A stretch of DNA of 64,000 bases from the human T2T-CHM13v2.0 reference genome, Homo sapiens (GCF_009914755.1 NC_060938.1), one strand, 5' to 3'. Counted from the first letter of the stretch, positions 43,992 through 59,235 are shown. Program-made: numbers and translations. Notes: generated from the letters alone by a model not told the origin.

Positions 43992-46900
43992 AGTAATTTT
44001 TATTTTCTCTTCCTTGAATTATAGATCTAACATTGAAATTTGTTTGGAAATGCTTAATTTATAATACACTTCAAAACTAAACTGACAAATTATTTAAAAT
44101 AAAAAATTTGAAGTTTTAAATAATTGATATTCTGATTATTAAAAATAGATTACATTTTATATACTAAATTTTAAATCACTAAATTATCACATTTATAAAA
44201 GAATATAATTTAAAGAAATAAGTAACCAAATAAATATTGCTCTAAATACTTAATAAGCTATTTTTTCCAGAATAAAAATATTTATATGAAACTTACATTT
44301 GCGAAGTTCTTAATTGCAATATGCTAATCTTCTGCATTGCAATGTATTTAATAGTTAGATAATTCAAATGATGTAAAATTTCAAAACCTGAAAACTTCCT
44401 AAGAATAATATAAATTAGTGGCTACTCTATGATAATTATCAAAATAGTGCTTAATGTTGAAGATGTGCCAAGTTCAGCCGTGCCATTTTTCTGAGCAGTT
44501 TTGAACTTTAGACATTGATTTCATGTAAGGTTAAATTGCACATTAATACTTGTTTATAAACATACAAAGGTAAAGTGTTGCCCATATATGTGCATTTCTC
44601 TTACCAATATTCAAAGGGCAGATTTATTTTTAAAAGTTATTTTTCAAAATGGAATCAGCATATTTCAACCAAAATGTAAACTCTGGTAACACGTATTTTT
44701 CCCTCTGCTTATATTATGGACAATAACTCGAATGTCTTTGGCCAAAAAAAAAGCTTTAAAATTTTTCCCACTTTCAGGGCATTTGTGATTGTTATTAAAT
44801 AGTGCAAAATTATATGATACTAGTTTAATTTTATTATACAAAGAAGGAAATTGAGAATTCAGAATCATAGAGCTTAAAGCATATTTTTCTTGAGGACATC
44901 TGTAGAATTACCAAAGGGCTAAACTATGCAACTGAGTATAGATACTATTGATTACCATAATCTAGAGTTTCTATTTTCAGCTTAAACTGTAAAGACAGAT
45001 GTCCTGATTCCTAGTAATTAAAACTGTATGCACATTTCAGCTATGCATATACCTATCTTTTGTCTTTGAAAATTCAGTGTAGAATATTCTAACTTGTCTT
45101 ACATATTAATATTACATTGTAATTAATATTTTGCAGTGCCATTCAGAAGTCCTTATTGTCTCTGAGGATAGAATATTTATTTTGGCTTTTTTATACCCAC
45201 AGTTAATATTGGGGCTAGAAGTACTTAATTCCATTTACTTCTGAATGGCAACAATGTTCTCTGCTTCCTGATGGCCGGTTCTCTTCTGTTGAAAGCATAA
45301 AACTCCAATGGAATAAAATTGAGTGGCCAAAAAACCTTATATAGAGAATCATAGGGACTGGAATACATTTGCCCTTTTAGGAAGTATTTCATGAATTAAT
45401 GCCTCAATTTTATTCAAACTATATATAAATAATTGTATAGTTCTTGAAAAATTTTCTACAAATGGGCATACTGTCTCAAGAAAGATACATTGCATATCTG
45501 ATACTCTAAAGTAATTGGAGTGACAGATTTATAAGCTTTGGGTATCTTCATTTTGGGGTTGCAGATATTAATTTGGCAAGTTTAATATAACACTAGCTAC
45601 AGACTGAGATGTCAGAAATAGAGAATAGTCTATAAATACTTGAACTTTTTAAAAGTTCAGAATTAAGTTGTGAAAATAGTTGAATTTAAAGATATAATCT
45701 GAAATTCTTATGAAGCATTTACTTGCACATGCATTTGAAGTGAAGATAGTCTTCTAGAATCCTGAATGTGATTTTCTAGTGTATTATTTTAAAAACTGGC
45801 TGTCCTTGTGGATGTACTATTCTCAGGAAGATATAAATGATATTGCACTAAATTTGTCTTCATATTAAAGTTAATTTTTGTAAATAATTTATGATTTATA
45901 GACAATGAAATCTTAGGCAAATGCCAGCAGAGTGTCTTTGAAATTCATAATGTTATCTGTTATGAAAAACATTCTTTGACCTGGTTACATTTTAACCAGT
46001 AGTATTTCAAAATAAAATTAATGATCATGTATCAGTAAAATGTATTGTATAAAATAGCAGGGAAAGGTAATTGCAAATTTTTCAAGGCTATGTCAATTTT
46101 AATAATATTTTGGAAAATTATAAAATTTAGAAAAGCTTTTAAATAGCGGCTTTCCATTTCTTAGAGACATTTACATCTACAATATGATAAGTAAGCATAA
46201 TTAAGATCTTGTTGGATGAATGTTGAAACCATATTTATAACCATCATTTCATTTTGTCAGGTATGTTTTACTAGGTCATTGCATAATGCATTAAAAATGG
46301 AAGAATGACAGAAAAATGAGTTCACCAAAAAAGAGAAAATCTTGTTTATTTTCAGATCCAAAACTTTTTCTTGCTTATGATATCGAGGTTGAAATTCTAG
46401 GTGAAGCACATCTCTATTTGTGGCTAAATCTACTTTATTATAAAGCCAAGGTAAATTCATTTTATCATAAGAGGACCAGGTTGAACTGATAAGTGAAAGC
46501 AGATTGTGGGTAGAGGACCTGGCACTGTTATTTGCATTTATCTTCACGATAAATAATGTTGAGTAGACAATTCCCAGAATTTGAATAATGGTCTATAACC
46601 TCTAATTGCCAGACATTTGCCATACCAGTTTTATGGTGGTCACAAGTGTTTTGATACTAACGTATTTTCCTTTACTTGGAGGAGGGAGGATAAATGGAAT
46701 AACCATAAATCAAGTAATAAATGGCTAGGTTAGAACTTCTGTTTACTTTTTTCAACAGCTTTATTCATTTTGCTTGCTTAAAGTGTAATGCTTGTTTTGT
46801 GATAAACGGTGCCTACATTTTTGCTTTGTTTTTTAAGCTACAGTGTCACATCTTTTGCTTTCACAAACCTATACTAACTTAAGTATACATATGGTTGTGG

Positions 46901-48135
46901 AATGCTTATGATGTATCCTGTTTTGTGGGGATACAAGATGATTAAGGCAAGTCCCTGTCCTCAGACAGTTTACAATCTAGCCCTCTGCCAATACAGTTCC
47001 TCAACATATTCACCAAAGTTACTTTTAAAAAATTGGTAAATCTGTATTTTGAACATTTGGAACAAACGAAATTAAAACTTGTACTTTCATTCTTCTTGTG
47101 ATAACCTTAACTAGAAGAACTACATTGCATCTTATATATTTTTTTCTAGACTATTTCCGTTAATGTCAGTGTGATGAAGTTGGTCTTTTCCTAAAAGTAT
47201 TAAAACAAAGCAGTAACTTACTTTTTCTAGGGTATGCAATTTAGTCTATTTTGCTTTGTATTAGTAAATCTCCTTCTCAAATTTAGGTAGAAGATAGTTT
47301 GCTATAGAGAGCACCCTTGCACAGTTCTTTCAGGGGAAAGAATTCTCATGCCTTTCATGGAAGATCCACATGAGAAAGGAGTTGATGGATTGAAGTCTTA
47401 TTTATGGAATCTTTAGGTAAAGTCATTTTCAAAAATGAGATTTCCATTACATGCCCATTGCTGGGGTTTCATTTGGAAAATTTGTTTACTCTTCCCTGGG
47501 GATTCCGTATGTTGGTTGATTTATAAATCATATTTACAATCCAATTAAATAGAGTAATTTAGCATGTTTGCTCCCACTATATTTATAGTGTAGATTTGGT
47601 AGTCTCTACTCAGCCTAACTAGCTTTTCAGATTAATTACATGCCCTTCACTGAAAACATTAAACCGATTTGGGACGTTTAAGTCATGTACTCTTTTACTG
47701 GAAAGAATAAACAAACATCAATGCTACCTGTAGTTGTTTTCCTTTGCGGTGGAAAATTTTACTTTTTCAGTGATTGCTTCATAAATAACAATTACTTGAC
47801 CCAGTAGAGATTTATATCTTTTACTAATGTTATGTGTCAAAATTAATAGTGAGAAAATTGATGTGTTTATTGAGTCACTAAAATGAATAAATAATGAAGG
47901 TGGCAGGAGGCAGGTAAATTTTAAAGCACATTTACTTGCTCCTTTTTTTTCTAAATTTATAAATCTGAGCTTCAAAAGTAAAAAGTAAAATTAAGACAAA
48001 ACTCTCCAGACCCCCAAGCTAGGTCATAATTTAACCTGAGAGAAAACTAAGGGCTATTTTTATACTGTTTAAGTTTAAAGATTTATGTTGTTTTTTTTTT
48101 TTAAGCAAACGTTTTAGCCTCTCCTTGCCTTTTTC

Positions 48136-48496
<361 letters not shown>

Positions 48497-51400
48497 TGAA
48501 ATCAACCATCTCCGAGCTTCTCTTCCTACCCTGTCTTTCTGCAGTACAAAGGGATTGCATCACTAAAATGATACTAAATAAATATTGTGGATTTAAGAGA
48601 ACTTTGAAATATTTAGTACTAAGAATAATGACATAAAGCAAGTTTGTGCATTAAGTATGAGAAATTGGACAAACATGGAAAAATTTGCTCATTTTTTTAC
48701 ACTTGATAAATGAATGTAATCATGGAATAAATAAGGCACTAGAAGTTAATACAGGCCTAAATCCAATGTCCTGCCTGCCCCTAAATTCCAGGAACATTAT
48801 CTAAGATAAAAGTTCAATGCAGCATGTCTCTGAGGGCCATCTTCCAGGGGGAACATCTCTGGGCAAAAAGAAGTGGGTCCATGTAAGGGGACCATAGACA
48901 TTGCAACAAAACAACTGAAGAGTCCAAGTAAATGGGGCAGATCAATGAGCAAGAGTTCCAAGGGCAAAGGTGTAAGAAAAGGGAAGATGACTAAGCAAGG
49001 ATTTCAGAGAGAACTGTAATTTTGAATGATAGATAAAATACAAAGAAAAAAGAATGGGTAGGAAAAATTTAGCTGTGATGAAAAATAGAACTCGCCAACA
49101 GTTCTGTTCTGCTAACTAGAACATTGTTTCTGCCATGTATAATATTAAATTTTTTAACTTTATGTCCCTATATGATGTTGGCCAAAGATTTTTATTATTT
49201 TAGAAGTAATTTTAATGTTAGCATTCTTATTTCATTATTCTTAGTTCACATTGGCATCAGTAGTATAAAACATTAGTCAATGCTGGAAATGAAAATATTA
49301 GTTAACACCACATACAGATGTGAACACCTTTCCATAACTGAATTGGATTTATTTCTTTCCAAACTCATTTATCATAGATTATTGGGACAATTCTAAATAA
49401 AAATGATTAAAACTATAATCTCTATGCAAAACTAGATTTTTTCCCCTGTAATTTGATAGTTCTCTATCTTGATACCCATCTCCTGAGAGCCTTAAAGTGT
49501 GTCTCCTTTGAGACATAATCAGCCATTCTCAAAAAGTGGAAGAAACTATTCTTTTTTTAGAAGGGATCTGACAATGAGAATCATGTTCTAGGAGAGAAAA
49601 GAATTTGTTACCAGATGTTATCTCAAAAGATGCACTAGTTTTAAATTAAATTGCATCTATCTTTTAAGTGTTCAGGAAAAACAGTATGATATGCTACAGA
49701 GGACCCTGCATTGGGCAGGGGTGATAAATTTTTTTAACACATGGCCACTGGCTTGCCAATTGGTTGAGGGTACATGGCTAAACCTCTTAATCTATATCCT
49801 TGTATAAAAAGAGGATAAGATTTCATTTGTATTCAACAGTTATGTGCGGTAGTTTCTTGATTTAAAAAATGCAGCAGCATCATTCTCTGGGACCCTTAAA
49901 ATACACTTTAATTTCAGTTGAACATTGTGTTGTATTTGTGACACACTATCTTGTAATTATGATAAACTCAATCATTTATAATGAACTATATAATTCATTA
50001 ATACTCATTACTCAGTAAAATATGTTGGATATTTCTTGGTGCCTGGGACATAGGACACACTTAAGAAACTTTAGCTTCCTTTCTCTTTCCCTATTTTCAA
50101 AGAACCAACATTGAAAAACACAACATGAGGTGTTTGTTCTTACAGAGCATAGACACAAGGCTAACCCCTCTAATATTTTTCTTTTTTTGTCAGAAATGCA
50201 TGAGTAATGTTGTCATACCCACGTATGTATTCTATTCCATGTACATATTCATTTACTCTGCATTGAGAAAATAGTTTTTGAGACCGCACCACTGCATTCT
50301 CATAGATGTAGAAGTGAAAACAATAGCCCAAATAAATTAAATTAGAAAGTAATTCCTGTGTTGCAATTGAACGGGAAAAAGTACCTAGCTAACATACATC
50401 TGATTAACTTAATTCTAAGGATTAAATCAATTTTCCTCATAAAATTCTAGTATTTACATCGTATTTTCACTAGGAAATATATTGAAATGGTAGTTCATTC
50501 ATGTAACTATCAGGACACAGCATCTACACTTTATTTCTAAAGAGTATAAAAATTGAGGGGAAAAAATTAGACTACTTGAAGAAGGATGCCCAGTGTTCAT
50601 GCCAGAATCAGGATTAAAAATCAGGGTGTTTTTAGTGTTGTTAATAGTAACGATACCAACAATAATTCACTGGATGCCAAGACAGCACTGGTTTCTCGGC
50701 AGGCTCGCCTGCCGGGACTGCTGCATTGTGTTTGCAAACAAAGATTTTAATTTCTAAATTCACTTCAAGAGATTTATCCACGTGGCTTTTAAAAACTCAC
50801 ATCACAGGACCCAAAAACTTTGCAAGCAAAATTTCCAGTTTCAAAACCAGGCATATGCAGTTCTTTTATATGGGGAAAGACAGTTTCCTTTCTGATAAAA
50901 CAGTCCTGGAAAAGGCACTTGCAATATTCATTTAAAAATCCTTACAAGACAAAGTGCCTGATTTTTGTATGTCCTTTGTCCAACGGGCATTTTCAATATG
51001 ATCTCTTAAAATATGGTCTATATTTTCTTTAACGAAGGTCGTGTTTGTTGTGCGTTTCTAACATGACAGGCTGCAGTCTGTGCCCTTCTTTACTGAAAAT
51101 GAAAGTTATACCAACCAGGCCTGTCACAAGTGCCTCAACAAAAGAGCCAAACAAAACCCAAGTCCCAGGAAGGTTGACAAAGGCAATGAGGACAGCCGAA
51201 CAGATTCTAAGAGTATTTAATTGCCATTAATTCTTTTCTCACCCTGCACCTCCTTCCTGTACTTCCAAGTGGCACAAGCAAATACTACGAATTTTCTGGT
51301 TGCAGCTTTCTCTAAATGTTTGTGGAAAGAATAATATCTTGTCATTATGTTTGTTTAAGTGGCAAGACTGTGAATGTCTTTAGAATATAATAAAGCTCAA

Positions 51401-51501
51401 ATTTTTTTAAAAAGTTGGAGAGTAGAGTCAGAGCATTGCTGGCTTACTCAGACTTAAGTTCTGCTTCTTTCTAAGAACGTGTGAAATGTTCACTCCTATA
51501 A

Positions 51502-51792
<291 letters not shown>

Positions 51793-52202
51793 TGGGAAAT
51801 TCCGTCTCCAGCAGCTTCACCCGGGTCTCCCTGTCTCAGCACCTCCTCCCCCAATTCCCAGGTCTCACATCCCACCCCTCCTGCCCTCCAACCCTTCTGC
51901 CTTGAAAGCTGGCTGTACGGACTCACATCCTTTGTGCTAATGACACTTACATATTTCTTGCCATAACTTTTCTCTTGCAGAAAAACTGACATGACTTTAG
52001 GATTTAAAAACAAGAGCAACAATAAGCATTGAATGAGACATTTGTGTTGCCCACATACTGTCTTAACATAACAAAGAAACCTACACCCCTCAAAGGGTTT
52101 AAGGAACTTTACAAACTAGTCTTTGGTAAAACCACATGTGTATATTTATTCTAAATCAACCTGAACTTTTGAAATGTGCAATTGTTGAGATTTTGCAAAA
52201 TC

Positions 52203-52208
52203 AATAAA
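52203..52208 (+). terminator. PAX9: PAX9 proximal poly(A) signal candidate
   Basis: AATAAA about 410 nt after the stop codon. Confidence 0.6.
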
Positions 52209-54686
52209 GGAAAATACTTATAGAAAAAATTATGCTACACCCTCTAATCAAATATGGTAACCAAGTAAGCTTTAATTCATCATTAGGAAACAAATCAATA
52301 AGTGACTTGTTTGAGTGATCCTTTGTTTAAGACATGACCTATTTTGTTGAAAAATATATGTAGAACCCAAGCAATATCTGAATCTAGCTCTCCCTGGTGT
52401 TTTGACTTGGTTCCAAATACAATAATGTTTATATTTTCTATTAGTTTGTAAATACGGACTCTGGATGGTGCATTTGTGTCTTCATTCCATAAGATATTCC
52501 CCTCCCCTCAGCCCCACCCCCTCTCTATTTTTTTCTTTCTTTTTTGCAAAGGTGACTTTCTGGCAACGTCTTTGTCTCTGTTTGGTGGTGGGCTGCTCGG
52601 GCTCCTGGACCTGGACTTGCCCCCAAATTTTGTGTATGCAGTGAAGGCTTCAACATCTCATGAAGGACACTTTATTTCTACAGCAGAGGACACGAAAAAC
52701 AGATAAAACAAGCCAGTCTCCCATTTTGTACCTAATCAAACAACACACATGCTAAGCATATAAAGACAAGAGGGTGGAAAATATCTGAACAAGAAGGCTC
52801 TAAAGGAAGTCACTTAGAAACTTAAGTTTAATGTGAAATGTTTTGCAAAGATGCTTAAAATGAACTTTGTGTTAAGAAAACCACTGTGAAACTAAATTGT
52901 CCTATTATTGTTGGCTTACCTGTGTGTTCAGCAATCTCAGCCCCAAATAATGTTGTAATTTAAAGAAAATGGAAAATTCTGCTCTAATGAATGTAACAAT
53001 GGCTTGCTGTGAAGTTTACATTGTTGTACAGAAGCATGTTTCGCATGTAGGTAAACTGGTGGTGGTACTAGAAATACAATGTTATTTAATTTTAACAAAT
53101 TCCCTTTATTCATTTCTGAAATTACAGGACACAGTTTAACTCATAAACCTTTCTAGACCAATTTATTTTTCACTTTAATGTTAATAACAGTTGTGGAGTA
53201 TATGTGTGTGTGAGCATGTGAGTATGTGTTGTATTTTAAAACAATTGATTTTCTGGGGCAAAATTCTACAGTTTTTAATCCCTTCTGTTTAGGAAGTTCT
53301 TCCTGTTTGGCAATATAGGCTTAAAAATATGTTTTTAGGACATTGGTACAATTCAGCTGTTGGAAAATTAATATATTGAGGGTTTTTTGGTACTAATTCT
53401 GTGCAATAACTAAAAGAGCACCTCACTGGATATGGATGTTGAAGATGGATTCCCTAGGTGATTTTAATTTCTTCCGGTCTGTGCTGTGCACAGTCTACAT
53501 GGCAATGCGGTTCCACCACATCGGTTTCGTGGCTTCGTTTAAAACTCAGATGGCTAGATTAGTTAGGTTTTCAAATCACTAGGATGTAAACAGTAAGCAG
53601 ATTTCTGACACACAAATTATGTTAGAGTGACTGCTTTTTTCAGACAGCAGATATCTTATAGAGAGCTTTGAACTGCATTTATTTCTAAAGCAACCGAAAT
53701 TCAGTGCTACAAATAGAGGATTATAACTTCAGGAGAAGAATAAGCAGAAGGAGCAGATGAACTCTCAGGGCCATAGTCTTCCTTTGATCTTGTAAAACTT
53801 CCATTGACATCTGGAGTTCCCAGTCTGGTGAGAAAATAGACTATAAACTGAATGGAACAAAGATCCAATCCAATATTTTGGTGGAGACTTCTTTAAAACC
53901 ATACCATACAGGGACTCTCCTGTCATCTGAAAAACTGATGTAAGGTACAGAACTATTCTTTATCAAATGTTTTTAGGTGGCTGTTAGGGGGCTTTAAAAA
54001 ATATTACTTGCTTGTGTGGAAATGCAAATAATGTTATTTTCTTTATCTAAATTAAGAAATCTCTTGTTATTGTGCTATTTATAATTTTTTTCTGGTTCTT
54101 GTATTTTAAAAAATCTAATATTAATGGTATTGAAGTTTCCTTTTCTCCCTCTAGGTCTTAACAGTGAATTCACATGGAGTAATTTTTAAAAGATATCAGA
54201 TACAATTTGCTATTCAAAGAAAATTATGATTTAAAGCCACTTTTTAAAATACGAGAAGGAAAATAGGATGGATTAAAGGGTTAACTTTTAAAGATTATTA
54301 TTGGTTAATGTTGACATATTTCCTCTATCTCATAGATGGTAAAAGTGTTGCTTTTAAAAACTGGCAAATGCACTCTTCAGAAATTCTTTTCTATCTGATC
54401 CACATGGAGAGGTTAAAGGTTCAATTTCATGACCTCTATGCAGGCAGCGCTCTCATTGGATGTAAGAATATTACCTGCAAGGATAGAATGCAGTTGTGCA
54501 ACAGAGACACATTCTTATTTCACTTTTTTCACAATTTTGTTTTGTTTTTAATGACCCTTTTATTGAATATTGGACTGAAATATAAATTTTAAAAAACACG
54601 TTGGAAAGGATGTACAACAGAAGGCTATGTATGTATATACAGTATGTCAAAAGCCTTTTATTTTTATACTTCAAATGCTCTAAATT

Positions 54687-54692
54687 AATAAA
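54687..54692 (+). terminator. PAX9: PAX9 distal poly(A) signal candidate
   Basis: AATAAA with upstream TGTA motifs (54611, 54628, 54632) and a downstream T-rich element. Confidence 0.65.
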
Positions 54693-56011
54693 AAGTAATA
54701 ATTACCATGTTATCTTTTACTTTTTATTTTCAAAATGCTTTAGTGAAATAGCCCCGTAGTAGAAATAGCCCACGGTAGTAACTTAGGACAGGTGTCATAT
54801 GGACTTTCAGTTATTCTTGTTGACTTTACTGAATCAGCATCATCTCTGGATGCAGATATAAAATCAAGTTTGGTTACATCAAGACCAAGGAGATATTTTT
54901 GTTGATACATGTTAGTATAGTAATCCTTAGAAATGCTAAGTGTATTTCTTTTTCAGAACATTTCCCCTTCATCATACATATTTTAATACTGCAGACAGCT
55001 GACTTCCCACCTGAAGTTGTCGTTTAAAACTAATAACCTGAAAATGCAGTTCTGTTCTATACATTCTTCCTAAAAATGGCACAGGTAGGCATGCTGAACA
55101 AAGGTATTTGGATGCAAATACTGATGGCTGACAAATGGGTCCAAAGGTGTTTCCAATTTGTGATTTAACATGACAGTATCTCATCAACAAAACTTATCTT
55201 CAAAGAGAACTATGTGGAGGAAAGTAAATTTTATTTCATGTTTCCTACTTGTGTTAGAAGAGATTTGGAATATCATGATTTAAACATGCTTAAACAACAG
55301 TGTTAAAACACTGTTAAAATTCTGTTTTAAACAATGTTTTAAAATACCTATTTATTATCATCTTACAGCAATATGAGATATAAAGTAGATGTAGGAAAAT
55401 AGAGCTGATATGTGCATAGTTACTAAAAAAAACCAACAGATTTACATTTTAACATAGTATTCATAAAATTAAACATTCTTAAAAGGTCATTTTAGTGCAC
55501 TTTAAAAAATTTTTCTTGTGCTCTTTAAATATTATTTATGGAATAATTTAATTCATTATAAAAACTGCTTAAATTTTGGCTTAACTTTTTTTTAATCCAG
55601 TCTTTGAATAATTTGATTTATTTTCAATAGTTTAAGCATTTCTAGACCTCTTAGGAAAAATGCTGATCAATACAATGAATTTTCATTGTGAAGCATTGAA
55701 GAGGAACACAGGAGACAAAGTTTCTATTTATTTTATGAAATAAATATATGATTTCTATGCTATTTTTCTATATTCACTTTAAATACCTCATTGTTTCATA
55801 TTATTTTTTTCTTCTCACAGTTTTATTTATACAGCCAAAACTATAATCTCAAGTTGCCTATAGACATTTTTTAAAGTATTAAAATAGATTTTGTTCTTGA
55901 ACAGTTTTCTCCTTCATAATTATACACCTGGCCGATCGATAGTCTCTCTTCTTCATGGTGCTGCATAGCAAATATCCATTATCTCAAGGGGGAAAAACAC
56001 TTCATAGGCAA

Positions 56012-56073
56012 TCACCAGTTCTCTTGAAGCCATGAATAGGTGTATTCATAAACCAGCAGCATCACTGCACCAC
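56012..56073 (-). CDS. SLC25A21: SLC25A21 last coding exon
   Basis: Acceptor TTTTCTAG|GT; encodes GGAVMLLVYEYTYSWLQENW*, helix 6 and C-terminus of the oxodicarboxylate carrier. Confidence 0.95.
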
Positions 56074-59000
56074 CTAGAAAAGAAAAGAGCTGTTTTTTAT
56101 TGCAAATCCTCTGGAATAGCACTGGCTTTCCCACTGGGTTTCTGAATCCATGATGTCTCGCACAGCCTGTCAGGCAGAGGCTGTTCGGAATCAACAGTTC
56201 TGGAGCTTCAATACCAAGATATAAACTACTGTGGAAAATTCTCAGGATAAAATCAAGACCATCTTGAGTCTCCAAATACATTTTTCCCCATGAGTTTTTG
56301 CAACTTTCATCATTTGTCATCAGATTCTTTTTCAAGCACTTTCAATTTTTAAAAGTAAATAAATATAGGCATATTTAGTCATGTAAGGGCATGTGGCTTT
56401 CCTGTGAACAGAAACCTTCAGATTCTTCATGTGTAGATAAAGGATTTATCTTTTTCAGTCCGTAATTAGCAGTCTTAATTGCATTCAAGAAGAAAATCTC
56501 TAAGATGGTGCTTGATGGATGAGTCTAGTTTTCTGTCATAGCTTTCAAACTGCATTGCTACGTGGACATTAGATTCTGAATATTTAAAAAATCTGCATTG
56601 CAAAACCTAACAAAAGGAGGTTGAAAGCTAACCTTCATTCCTTTTATCTGCTTCAGTTGTATATGGATTTGAACTTGAAAATTTGGTAGTGGGGGTTGGA
56701 TGGCATGAGACCACCATTTGTCTTGGAAGAAAAGAGCTACATAACTGGCTGTGAAGAGACATGCTCTGTATTATGTCAACAGGAATGTGATACAGAAAAG
56801 CAGGCACTGAGGCTGCTGAATACCTAGCCACTGGGAGAAGCATTTGTACATGGATCATTTTATGTTCTATTTGATGCAGTAAATAGCATGTGTCCTGTGC
56901 CCTTCAGGATAATCTCTTTTTATCCTTTTATGTCTAACTGTGTGAAAAACATCACAAAATCAAAATTTGGACAAATATCCTGAACACAACTTAGAGAAGA
57001 CTTGGCTGCATGAAATAGAAGATTGACTTCTGATGGAAAGAAATAGAACTTGATTTGGGTCTTAGTTATTTTGAACACACTGCCATATACTTTTTTTTTT
57101 AATCTATAGGCTGCACATGTTTGTGTAACCATATACCAAAGATAATTATCTGCCTGTAATTTTCATTTTTAACCCATGAAGATACTCTATTAGTCCCTCT
57201 TAGCTTCTCTAGGCCTCTTGGAACTCTGGCAAACAAAAAGAGCTGCACTACAGAGGGTCATTAATGTGTAGGTAATCGCTGCATTTATTCTTACTAATCA
57301 TTCACAATGTAAGACAAGAATATGCAGAGTTGGGTTAGTTTTTGGCCTAGTAACAGTTGAGGTTTAAATCACAGACTTCAAGATTCTTTCATGGAAGGTA
57401 CCTGATTGTTAGCCACATTGAGCTGCTAAGGCTATTGTAAAAATGCTGGATGCTTCTCCAGAACAAAGAACAAAAATTCCAGGCTCACCTTTCTTTTCTT
57501 TTTTTTACTGTCTCTCTCTCATTCTTTTTTTTTTTCTCTCTCTCTCATTCTTTAAAGAAAAAAATTTCACCCTTCATTCAAAAGTCTTAATCTTTAACTC
57601 AGTGGTACCTTTCTTTCTAGGTTTCTTTGCTTCGAAGTCGCTGGGATGCACACATTTGGAATGAAGTGGAGGGCAGGTCTGTGAGTGGTTCCCAGATATT
57701 CACAGTTTGGCTTAGCCTGGACAGTCAGTTCACAAGAACCCTTTTCTTTGAGTCTAACACCACAGCAACTCAGGACCTCTCACGCAAAACATTTAAAAAG
57801 CCAGCCAAACATTTGCAAGCCTCTAACAAAACTTGGGGTCAGATTATTTAAGAGTTTTGGATGAAGGTTCCAGTCAATTACCATTTTAGCTAACCTCTCC
57901 CTTGTCATCACCCTTTTTAGGCCCATCCCTTTCTGAGAATGTTGGTTGAGGGCTGGTGCTGTGATTTCCTCTCATATTAGGTCTACTAGCAGGTTTTTAC
58001 TCTGCGGTGAAGGAAAAACACCACATACTGGCAGAGATGCACAAAATTCCCCACGTTCTATTACTGCGTTAGCTTTTACACATGGGCCAATGACATTACG
58101 GAAGGTAGGTCTGAATCCCAAATATGAAACAAAATCCATGTGTAAAGGCCTATAAAGATTGGGATAGATGGGTTGGGAATTGTGGAAGTGTTTCCTAAAT
58201 ATATGAAAGTGTGAGCTGTTCACCAGCTTCAATTTACAGACTCTTGTTCTCTATCTTAGATTAATAGAAATGTTGGTTCATTGGGCTGAGATCTAAAGGT
58301 GAATGTGCATGTGTGTTTGTGTAGCAGGGTAGGAGGACAATAGTGTTAAAAGGGAGGAACTGCAAAGGGAGAGAGGGGAGGTGTAGGAGAAGGTTCTAGG
58401 AAATATTACCAGTATGTATAAGTAGGTGAGTGTAGCCTGATAAAAAAAATATATGTGTGGTCTAGAGTATACTTTTGTACTTATTCACAAGGTTGCTTAC
58501 AATCTGAGACTATTTGCCCTGGCGGTTGAGTCTGCAGAAGTTATTTTCTTATCTATTTACATAGAGGCAGCCGATTCTCCCTGTGGGAATGGCAGCCGGT
58601 TTTTTTGTGGGTAGGCGTCCTGAAGTGAGGCCCTGAGCCAGAAGCCTCCAGCGTCATGCTGACAAAGCCCAGGAGAGGTAAGCAGCTAGTTACGGTGTCA
58701 CCACTCCCCAGAGGTGACTGTAAAGATGAGTGGCTTTGCTGTTCATGGAGGCAAGCTGTCCTCCTTTTCTTTTTTTGAAATGAAGTTGAGGCAGGAGCAA
58801 GAATGAATTAGGAGCACGAGGAAACGTTTGACTGGGCTGGTCCCTCACTCAGTGAAAAGCCTCCCCTTCAGCCAGAAGCCACTGCACACACCTCGGCTCT
58901 CACTCAAACTCCAACTGCCTGTGGCTTCTTCCTATTGACTTAAGCTGGGTTTTGGCTTCTGTTAGCCTCCAGCAAGTTCATAAATAGTACTTAATAAACA

Positions 59001-59182
59001 AAGGTAGAACATTTCTAATGGATGTCTTCAGTATCTCAAATACTCATAGACAACTTTATATTCTCAAGGTTTCTGTCTTTTACAAAGTGGTAAATATTTT
59101 GTTGCTGATGGACACAAATATCAAAAAAAGAGACGCTAGAACAATAAAGAAGGAAGGATTAAATAATCAAAATTATCATTAC

Positions 59183-59235
59183 CTGGTCCAAGTCTCATAA
59201 TCTTGGGAAGCAGGCCTTTGTACAAAGCTAAAATC
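59183..59235 (-). CDS. SLC25A21: SLC25A21 penultimate coding exon
   Basis: TTACAG|G...CCAG|GTAATG; ILALYKGLLPKIMRLGP, completing the carrier EG...YKG motif; 53 bp, phases fit both neighbours. Confidence 0.95.

Noticed and set aside
56074-56335. N-terminal part of ORF 56012-56335
   Set aside because: Intronic read-through; only 56012-56073 is SLC25A21 exon
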